From: Orbicella franksi
Taxonomy: Eukaryota
Direction: 5' to 3'
DNA length: 64,000 nucleotides
Assembly: GCA_964199315.1 (NCBI GenBank)
Contig: OZ116708.1
Location: 6,324,001-6,388,000, forward strand
Both the position numbers and the translations under genes were made by a program. Shown here piece after piece: positions 11,601 through 21,700 of this stretch. Under the pieces are notes generated by a model. It was given only the letters and a program-made list of their open reading frames with translations. It did not search any database and had not been told where the DNA came from. Each line of letters starts with the position of its first letter. Within the stretch, counting starts at the first letter, position 1.

Positions 11601-14600
11601 AAGGACTGCAGAAGATGCAAGTTGGAAGGTGATTACTTTGAGGTGTCTCGTGTTCAGCTATGTAATAACTGTGAATCATTAGTTATTGTAGAATTCTACT
11701 AGTATGATATGATATACTTTCTTTCAGTACTGTGGTATGTTTCAGTTGAATGCAACTGTTTTGATTATAGATAGTACAGTAAATTATTGATGTTACTAAT
11801 TGTTAATTTTGTGACAATAAATTTAAATTTATTAAGTTAATTTCAATATAGGATTAATTAAATTTATTTTAATTTTTTCTGTTAATGTTACTAAAGAGAT
11901 TCACCAAAAGAAAGGATTTAAGTGCAATAAAGGGTGAATTTTTGTGCTGTTACTTTGTGCATAGAAGTGACGCACAATCATATAACTATGTACAGTATGA
12001 ACTATCAACTACGTAGTACAAATATGTTTGTCCCTAGACATTCAGCTGAGTGATTGAAAATCTTGGACTTGTCAGCATATGTACCATGACCTTTCATGTT
12101 GTGTATAAGAGCACAACATGTGTAGCCTTAAACAGTTTCAATTGGCTGTAAATCTTGTCTATTATTTCTTGTTGTTTTATTTCTAATTATTTATTTTTTC
12201 ATTTCAATTACAGGAGTTTATCTGCCAGATCAGAGACATTACTATTACACTTGATTTAGGGAGCATTATAGGTTCCCTTGGGAGAAAAGGGATTTGAAGG
12301 ATGAAATTCCAAAAATGACTGAAGTTGAGCAGGAAGAACGAAAAACAGTGTTTGAAAACCTTTCAAGGGAGATTGGCTTTCTTGGAGTATCACTGCTTCA
12401 CAGGTTGAATGCATTGTATGGTTTCGATGTACTACAGGATCTTGTTTTTGATGCCATGCACCTTGTTTCACTCAACATTGTAAAGAGAAGAGTGCAGTAC
12501 TGGCTATCAAATGGTATTCTTGACAAGGAGGAGTTTGGAGAAAGACTGAAGAGGATGCCATGGTCCAAAGGTACAGTTTATGTTGCTTGTTTTGTCTTTT
12601 ATCTGCTACAACCAAAACAAGTGCAAGTTTATCTGTGATTTCTTTAAACATTAATTTAGAAACAGGATGTGTAGTACATGGCAATAATAAATCAGAGCCT
12701 AGCAGTGAGTGTAATCCAGAGCCTGTAGATAATTTTACTTTGTTGCATTAAATGTCAAACCTTAAAAAGCAGGTCTCATTACTGTTTTTGTTACAGTCAT
12801 CTTGAACACCAAACCACATCCCCTGATATAAAATAATTTCTGCAATGATCATACTAATTGTTTTGATTACCTTCATGGTGCCAAGCCAATAGTCTGTTCA
12901 TTTGGTACTTGTTTTCTTAGATTTCCCATTCAGAAGTTTCATCTTTATCTTCTTCTTTTTTTTCAGGATACAAAGTCAGTAGAATCCCAAATGATATAAC
13001 AAAGATGGGATTCTGGAAAGGTGAAGCTTTTGTCCATTCTTGCATGTTTACAATAATAATGAGTTAGTTTTAGTTTTTTTAGTTTAGTCAGGGGTATGAT
13101 ATCAAAATATTGCTACTCTGCTTGACTTACTTGGGAAGCCAGTATATATAAGTATTTTGAGATAATTTGAGCCCAGTACAGTGTAGCTGCAAAATTTTAT
13201 TAAAAATCATATCTTCGCATTATTTTGTTCAATAGCTGAGGAGTACCAGAAGCTAGCATTTCCTGCATCAGAGTTTGTATTGGAAGGACTTCTTCCTGCA
13301 GAAGAATATGAGGTGTGGGCACCAATCCCTCGTATTGTGGAGCTCATTTTCAATTGTGGAAGAAATGGTTGGACTAGTGAAACAATTGCACATCTGAAAG
13401 CCCTCAGCTGGAGACACTGTATCCTTGTAGAAGACAGATATGGTCCTTCGGAATGTGTCATTACCCTACACAGCCTCACTCATCTACATGAAGACATATC
13501 AAGGTTTTCATCACCTGATAACTTTTGGTGCTTCCAGTTTGAGAAGGCAGTTGAAAGGTAAAGTTAACATAGAGTTTACAAATTAACCTCAATAAATTGG
13601 CAAAGATAAATGCATACAATAATAAGGGACCTAAAACTTTCAATTGATTATTACACAAACATACATGTAGACTTCACTTATACTCGAACTTCAAGAGTAG
13701 CTTTTCTGGTAATTTTTTCAAGCAAACTACTGTTGAGAAGAAAGCAAGGAATAAAAAATTTAATTAGTGAAAAAGCATGCAGACAAATTTATGCAAGATT
13801 ATTATAGGACAAAGTTAGCTTTCAGAAGGAGTTGAAATGCATGGTACTGCATTAGTGATTAGGAAGTGACTGTTCCAGAATTTGGCTGCTAACGACAGAG
13901 AACACAGTCAAAATATCTAAAACATAGAAAATCTAAAATAAATGCTAGAATGTTTATCTTCATGTGCTACTTAATTATCTTGTAAGGTATGTTAAACAGA
14001 CAAGCAACCGAAAAGGAGTAGAAAAAACTTTCGCACGCAAGGAGTGGAGAGTTCCTGCAGATTTGGAGACTTGGTAACAAGGGATTAAGAGCTGCAACGA
14101 CAGAAAAGTCAGGAAAATATAGCAGACAAAAGGTACTATTTATTAGTGTCATAAAATTTACTGGTTCCTACTTTTTACAGCTTTTTGTTTTGTGTGTGTG
14201 TGTGTGGGGGGGGGGGGGCTGTGTGTGTGTGTTTGTGTTCAGAAAACATGTAAGATCATAAATAGCTAATTTCAGTTATATGGGTTAAACTTTACAAATC
14301 CTTTGAGATTTGAATGAATGACCAGGTACCTTCTTAACCAGGTACTTTCTTATTTTAGATGGTGGCCTCTTCTCTAGAATCTGCAAAGGACCTTATTAAA
14401 GAATGTGCATGTGGCAGAGATGAAGCTCGAGCTAACAAAGGAATACTCACTGGAAGTGGCAACATTGAGCAGTTGCAAAGAGATCAAGGAATAGCAATTC
14501 ATGCCTATAACAATCAAACTCTAACTCCTGAGGTGGCTCATTCATTCCGTAGTGCCTATCTACCATTACACAATGAAGGTGCAGGAGGAACTCTTTATCG

Positions 14601-15174
14601 CACTGGAGATGACATCATAGCCTTGCAGGGGAACCAAGAGATTTGCCTCAAAGTCATAAAATTCTACTTAGTGGAACATGAGAATCTTTTCACGCCATTT
14701 GCTATTTGTGACGCCTTTCAGTATATCTTGGATGATGATGGCCATCCATTGAGACATCAGCTCAGTGATACTATCTATGTCAAGCCTTTTCAGACATGCA
14801 CTTGTATTGGCTTAAATGACATTGTAAGGCCAATCATGTTGTGGTTGGAACCTGATGGAAAATGCGCAGTTGTGGATCATTCCAGAGCAACCATCCCCCT
14901 TCCCAAGGTTATTGTCCCTGCTTATCCCCAACCTGGTGACATGGTCAGTGTGAAAGGAGAGCGGGATGAATCATGGCATGCGGAAGTTCGACAGGTTGAT
15001 GCTGAACAAAAGAGAGTGAAAGGATATTTCTTTGTGAAGCATTTACACTGGGAGAGAAATCACTTGTGGGTTAGGGAATCAAGTGCACGAGCTATGGACA
15101 GTATAAGCTACAAAAGTATTATTGATATTTTGCCAGGGATATGGCATGGTCCAAACTGGCAAGAACAAATCTAA
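8668..15174 (+). pseudogene. CACTA/EnSpm-type DDE transposase, 10 exons, about 1065 aa if repaired
   Basis: Exons 8668-8821, 9262-10223, 10514-10561, 10873-11043, 11464-11628, 12214-12570, 12967-13020, 13236-13557, 13987-14132, 14359-15174. Motifs HCPCQEC, HWDG, TGDHPAQC...CRRC, DAMH, GFWKAEEY, HSLTHL...WCFQFEK. Lesions: 1-nt deletion near 9895, TGA at 12252-12254, frameshift near 14045. Confidence 0.9.
14181..14237. repeat. (TG)n/poly-G microsatellite in a transposase intron
   Basis: Seen directly in the sequence. Confidence 0.9.
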
Positions 15175-15419
15175 CATTGATATGCCTTATCATAAGTTGG
15201 TAAGCAGAAAAAGAATTCTAAATAGTTCATTCCAGCTATAGATGTGCCAGCTCCTTGGAGGAATTCAATAATTAATTTATATATTAATTTCTTTCTTCAA
15301 TTCAAAGTACAATAATATATTGGTACAGTGTTCTAAAACAGTGTATTTAGAAAGTAAACGTTTCTTTGTAGAAATACAGTTTGCATGCCAACAGTAGTTT
15401 GGCAATCAAAAACCCCTAT

Positions 15420-16166
15420 AAGGAAATTTAGGATTTTCCATGTTATCATGTCAATTACATGTGTAAATTTAGTTTTTTTTCTTGATGAACAAAAATACAT
15501 ACTTGGAAAATATAAATTTCTCTGTGGAATTGCAATTTTCCAAGTGAAGACTGGAAAATAAAATTTCCTTGTTTGTTTTGATTATGGAAAACTTAACTTG
15601 GGTGTTTTATCCAACAATTTTCCATACCATAACCAAGTATGGAAACTGAGTAGATGTGGATTTATATTTTACATGCAAAATACACATGTGGAAATTTGGT
15701 ATTTACTTTTTGATCGACAAAAATACATATCTGGAAAAAAAAATTCTCTGTGGAAATACAATTTTCCAAATAAAGATTGGAAAATAAAATTTCCATGTTT
15801 GTTTTAAATATGGAAAACTAAAGTGAAATATTTCATCCAAAAAATTTCCATACAAGAACCAAGTATGGAAACGGAATGGATGTGGAGTATTTATTTTACA
15901 TACAAAATACAAACGTGGAAATTGGGAGTTTTTTTAATGAACAAAAATACATACGTGGAAAATAAAAAATTATCTGTGGAAATGTAATTTTCCATGTTAG
16001 GATTGGAAAATGAAATTTCCATGGTTGTTTTTTATATGGCAAACTAAATTGGAGTATTTTATCCAACAATTTTCCATACAATAACCAAGCATGGAAACTG
16101 AGTAGGTGTGGATTTTCTATTTTACATACAAAATACGCATGTGGAAATTTGGTATTTTTTCCAGTG
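15420..16166. repeat. Right subterminal higher-order repeat: three ~226-bp units plus a partial one, ending in the TIR
   Basis: ACAAAAATACAT recurs at 15489, 15717 and 15941. Each unit contains CCAAG(T/C)ATGGAAAC and ends in a GTGGAAATT(T/G)GG motif. Confidence 0.92.
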
Positions 16167-16415
16167 TTCGACCGAGCCAATAGCTTCCTTGTATTTCTTA
16201 TCAAGCTTAGTTGCCTGTTCTTTGACGTTTTGCAAAGTTTGCACAACGGTATCATATTTGTTTGATAGAAACTGCTGGGATTTCTCCAAAGTATTGCATC
16301 TTTCTGTTAGCAAGACGATACTTGCTTTCAGCGACTGCATTTCCATCTTGATTTCTTGCCTAATACTTGGTAAAAACTCTTCATTCCATATTCGTCGTAG
16401 TTCATCTACCTGCAT
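16167..16415 (-). pseudogene. LINE ORF1, 5' portion (coiled-coil region)
   Basis: MQVDELRRIWNEEFLPSIRQEIK...KYKEAIGSVE joins in frame to AKQTKMADMADK (from 3808 downward) once the insertion and one TSD copy are removed. Confidence 0.88.
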
Positions 16416-17957
16416 GATCTTATCCTCCCTAGTCCCTTGGTAGGGTGATTAGTCTCTAGCAGCGTAATTTAGTGTCTTAGTCTCTGTTTCATTCAAACTT
16501 CATCAGCGCGCCAAAATGAACGGCGGCCATGATGACGTTAATAATCAATTATTAACGAATGGTTATCCGTTATCGTCTAGGATTCTGAATATACCAGTAC
16601 TTAATATTTGAACATAATATCTTGCAGCAGGTAAGCTAAACGTAACTTTTCTGTTAACTTTTGTGTTCCATAGCAGGTATGTTTCTCAATGCGTTCTCTG
16701 TTCTTCCCCTTACGTCCTACCCGAAATATCTCTGAGTTGTTTCTTCAGCTCATACCCCGCCTTCTCCACAAGCTAAAAATCCCTAGGGATTGTGCTAACA
16801 CGGGAACTGGCGCGCAAACTCTAACGAGGCGAGCCGGAAACCACCTGAGAGAGTGTTAGAAAGGTCGAGGCTTTCCTTCTATTTTCTCCGTTCGTCCCCA
16901 GTGGTTTCCCAGATGACAATTGGTCTATTTCTACACCGTGTGTTTCTTTATGCCTACTTACGATTAATTTAGACATAGTTAGCCTTTTCTTTTCCTCTAC
17001 ATTCTTTGTGGATTTACTAAGAATTTCGTTATCTGTTACACCGTGTGCTCCCTTTGCATTCCCTTGCGTCCTCCCTGCGTGCCTTACACATGAACAACGT
17101 CTGACCAAATGTAAGAGCAAATTATAGCGCGACTACTCGAACAAGGCCACCCAGAAGGAAGCTAATCAGTCAAAATGTGAACTGAAAACAATAGACTTGT
17201 AGCTTTCTCGAGTCAGCAGGTAATGTGGATCTGATCTGTTTGACATGAAAACATTAACAATATCCATTGTTCCCAATCGACGTTCTGGTTGGTTTTTTTA
17301 ACTCTCATCCAGGTGGCCTGGCTTGAGTATTCGCACTGTAAGGGAGCGCATTGGGTAACAGACGAATAAATGCAGCAAGGAATCGACAGCGTATGCACGT
17401 GCTCCAATTACTCTGCAACGTGCCATTAATGTTGGGGCGTGTACAGCGAAACAAGCGAGCGAAAAAATGCAAGAGCTATTACTACAATGCTATTGCTAAA
17501 ACTTGAATTGGTTTCGCTACTGATTGATTCAGATGAATACCGAAAGGGAATCAAAATTCGCTCAAACTACTACGTTTGGAGCCGACCTTTTCCCGAGCTT
17601 ATAAGACAACGGAAAAGGCGGGCGAATAGGGTGGGAAATCGAGGGGAAAAAAGAAAGAAATCAGACTAGATAATATGCATTGTTTGGGTGCAAAACGAGA
17701 GGATATATTTCGAAGTTTACAACCTCAATAAAATATTTATCTAAGCTTCCTCTGATCTTTGGAATTTCAATTGTATTTTTAACATGTAAAATGGTTACAG
17801 AACATTGTATTGGAATATTGTAATAGAACTCAGTTCCGTTTACCTACATATCACGGTAATCAAAGTCTCAATTCTTCTTAAAATGTCACACCAAAGTCAA
17901 GCGAGTGAAATTACTAACCCATATATTCGTCGTTAATCCCCCTGCGCAAGTCGCGGG

Positions 17958-18203
17958 CGTAAGATTCTACATATACGCTCGGACGTTAACACAATTTTTG
18001 AATTTTTTGCTTGGAATATAATGTCTCGCAATACGTTCTCCTGGTAAAGAACTCTTAGAAAATCATACGTAAGATTTTACATATACGCTCGCACGTTAAC
18101 ATAATTTTTAATCTATACCACGTATGATACATATTGGTATATTTCTTGGAATATAATGTCTCGCAATACGTTCTCCTGGTAAAGAACTCTTAGAAAATCA
18201 TAC
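17958..18203. repeat. Imperfect two-unit direct repeat just downstream of the minus-strand receptor stop codon (probable 3' UTR)
   Basis: CTTGGAATATAATGTC...AGAAAATCATAC (59 bp) is identical at 18010-18068 and 18145-18203. The CGTAAGATT...GTTAAC block is also duplicated. Confidence 0.9.
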
Positions 18204-18215
18204 TCTATATCCAGT

Positions 18216-18496
18216 CTATGCTTCTGACTGACTGCCAATGGGACCACTAAAATTAAGTCCTTCGTATACATTATCAGGTCCTCCATTTACATTATCTAGT
18301 GCTTGATAATGATCTCCGGGTTCAAAATTTTGGTTCGGAACACTGGGCTGCTGTAATTGCTCAATTTCCACATATTCGGGCTCGTTGCCCTGGATGCTGT
18401 TTGTTTGCCCATATGCCTGGTTGTCAAATCCCATATTCCCCTCCGTGCCGTAGTTGTCTGATCGACGATGGTGGGTCGATCGTCTGCTACCACTGC

Positions 18497-18527
<31 letters not shown>

Positions 18528-18743
18528 TAATAGTAATAAATAACAATAATAGTAATAAATAACAATAATAGTAATAAATATTAATAATAATACAATGAAC
18601 TTTATTGAGTATTTCTTCACACAAACTTGAATCTTACATATATCTGGTAAAATTTTAGAAATTCTGTTGTTCTGTAAGTTTTTCCCTAAAATATTTTCTC
18701 TAAAAATTTCAATAGCCTTCCCACATGGTTATAATAAATAATA

Positions 18744-18786
<43 letters not shown>

Positions 18787-21700
18787 CACATACATTGATC
18801 TCTGGCGAGTAAAAAACAACAACAACAATTGTTGAATTTTCGCATAGTGGATAATTGCTAACGACGAAAACCTGATGTGAATTAGTAATTACATTTGCTA
18901 ATCAATCACAATATTCCATAGACCCCTTTCTAAAGAACATAAAAAATACGTCCGTTTAAAGCCCTGTAGGGAAACAACTCCGGATCCGTTTGACTATAGT
19001 TCCATGAACTCTTTGATGTCATTCCTACGTCCAAAAGTGTGCTGACCAGAAAATGCGCTAAATGTGCTAAAAAAAAAAAACTTACAGACGGCGTTTCCGC
19101 AGACAGAAGATGGCGACAAAGATTACTGCAATAACCAGGACAGATGCCAAAGCTATGACTGGATAAAGAATCATCGCAGGAATGCCTTGTTTTTCAGTCC
19201 CGGATGGGCTGGGAATTTCTAGGAAAATGCAAAAACCTACATTATCAGCAAATTCAAAACCGGTATATATATTCCAGGTTGATTAAAATTGGAAGACCAT
19301 ACAAGGTTGATGGAATACTTTGTGGCAAAAAAAAAAAAAAAGAAAAGAAAGAAACATGCTTTTTTGAAATATAACTTAAATATTGATTAAAAGCGTTGGA
19401 CTGTTATTGGAAAACCGAAGAATCAAGCAAACAGACAAACAAACCAACAACCAGACCACCAAGAAAAAAACAACCGACAAAAGAATCAACAAAGCAACCA
19501 AACCAATAAACAGATAAGTAGACAAACAAACAAAACAAACAATTTCAACTTACCTTGACAGTCTTTGCTCCATTTTGATCCCGTTTGTCCAAAGGTCGAT
19601 GTCCCGGAAGGACACGAAACACATTCACTTTGGGCCTCTTGGTCCTGGTATTTGTCATTTGCGCATGCCTGGCAACCACTAGAGTTGAAGAAGTATCCAA
19701 GTGGGCAATTGACTAATACAAAGAAAAAAGAAATAAAAAGCAAAAGTTAGTAAGTTAAGTTCAAGTCCTTGATGTAATTCAAGCCAAGGGTAGATATGCA
19801 ATTTAGGCCATTAGTACATTCCCTCTGGCACAATCCCATACAGCTTGTGTTTATATATGGGAGTATCCCTCCCCGGGATGCGAGCTACGTTATGTAAAAA
19901 GCCAAAAACGTCTTTCATATGAACTTAACAAAAACCCGGTGTGCTGCCATTGTTGGCTTCGAGATTTTGTCTGTGCTACAATATCTAATACTTTTGTTCG
20001 TCTCTTGATCAAGAACAGTATATCATAACATGTTCAAATGAAAACAGTCAAGTGTTATGCTTGCTTATATTCAGGTCTTACCACATTTTGTCCCTTTAAG
20101 AATTTGCCCTTTGTCACAAACAAAACCAACTATGCGTACTACCGGGGGTCTTGTTTCGTCATATTCCAAAACAACTCCACTAACGTTCAGAGTTAAGTCT
20201 GTTTCGTTCAGGGACGCTAAGATGTCACTTGATATCTGTTGAGTTGTTTGGTTTAGATCATCCACGGAGGCATTGCTTGGCAGTGGGACTTTTACAGCGA
20301 ATCTCACAGTAAGAGGAACTTTAGAAGCCTGTTCGCTATCGGCTATGTCCCTTCTGCGAAGAGTTCCACTCTGTTCTCCGCATTCTACTTCGACGTTTTC
20401 AATCGTGCATTCTACATCCCCATCACAACCTCCGATAGTTCCCAAGTACAGTGTATAGAGCGCGATGAAGTTTCTGGCGATCCTGGCATGCATTCCTTCT
20501 GTGCACTGGTCAGCTAAATAATGAAGTTCTGAAGCAAGCCAAGCCTTTGCTTGGCGTGTTTCTAGACAGATAAATCAGAAATAAATATTTGGTTAATACC
20601 TGATAAGCAGACAAACTAATATTAACTTACAGCTGAAAAACATGGCTTGGAAAGCTCGTTCATATAGTCTAAAATGTGAATATATATTGGGTATGCCACT
20701 GAAGAGAAACATTCACGAGTGTCAAGATCTGAGCAATCATTAACAAAGACGATTATCTGCAGGGCAACTTTTAGCTTTGTTTTTGTTGGTTATGAGAAAA
20801 TTCATGTCAGAGTTTTGCATGAGGTTACCTGACAAATTATTTTCTCGGGGCAGTTAAGATTTTGATGGTTCATTCGTGAAAAGACGTCGATAGACTGAAA
20901 GCTTTTTTCCCAGTTTACCTCCCTGTGCCATTCTGTCCTAGCTGCTCGAATATAATTAAACGTTCAATTTAGATTACTCTGTTATTTATTATTATTATTA
21001 TTATTATTATTTTATTTTTTTTTTCATTTTTAGAACCTACATCGCATCATCTATGAAATAGATTGCTTTTCTCAACCTTCTAACGGGATAATGCACTAGC
21101 TGACCATTAGCAAACTTCACCCTTTAATGGGCCTTTAGATAACGCACTCAGATTCTCTTACAGCGTGGCCTGAAAAAGATTTTAACGATCTTCCTTGTTT
21201 AATGGATCATATTTCTACAGATACCATGAAAATACCCTAGCAAACAGTCGCATTTCGATATTTGGTCTTACTAGAGCAGTCTGGCACTGCGTCACCCGGA
21301 AGCCATTTCCCTCCAGCAACGCATGCATAGAACGTTGGTGGCTGGTTGGCAAAGTCATATCCCACATTGCAGTGTAGTGTGCAAATCTTCCCGCTGTTTA
21401 GCCACTGGTCACAGGCTTTCGCTCCATTTTGCGGTGTTGGTAAATCATCACATGGTTTAGCTTTTCATAGGGAAAAAAAGAAAACTTTCCTTCATCATAA
21501 GATTCTAAAGGCTTGTTAGAGCTACCTTTTTACCTCACGATTAATTAATTTCAAATTGTTTCAAGCCACACAAATCGTCTAGGTATTAAGTGATTTGACT
21601 TCATTCCAATAACCCATCAGGTACTTCTTCCGTGTTTGGATGGGCACTGCGGATCTAGGACTATTTGCATTTGTTGGCACTGCATGGAATGATATTCAAT

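Larger units (their letters stand above)
3812..16166 (+). mobile_element. CACTA/EnSpm (CMC) DNA transposon, 12,355 bp, both ends present
   Basis: Left end CACTGGAAAAATTGGCAAATTTCC; right end reverse complement CACTGGAAAAAATACCAAATTTCC (21/24 match). TTC is duplicated at 3809-3811 and 16167-16169. Subterminal repeats are present at both ends, and there is an internal CACTA-type transposase. Confidence 0.95.
1..16545 (-). mobile_element. Non-LTR retrotransposon (LINE, L2/Crack/CR1 group), degenerate, interrupted at 3812-16166 by a DNA transposon; 3' end lies outside the window
   Basis: The minus strand carries ORF1 (16167-16415 + 3271-3811) followed by ORF2 with APE and RT motifs (148-~3230). 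The 5' boundary near 16540 is approximate. Confidence 0.92.

Noticed and set aside
12252-12254. Selenocysteine or readthrough at in-frame TGA codons (also LINE 1444 and 1930)
   Set aside because: The genes also carry frameshifts and I see no SECIS evidence. Ordinary nonsense mutations are simpler.
15489-16166. CRISPR-like periodic repeats
   Set aside because: The whole ~226-bp units are homologous with no unique spacers, no cas genes are present, and the context is eukaryotic. They are transposon subterminal repeats.
16821-17120. 99-aa minus-strand ORF upstream of the LINE
   Set aside because: Non-ATG start, no domain, and no linked exons found.
20631-20668. 38-nt candidate micro-exon with strong splice sites (minus strand)
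   Set aside because: It is not a multiple of 3, and the flanking exons already join in frame. It would need extra unproven micro-exons, so it is left out pending RNA-seq.
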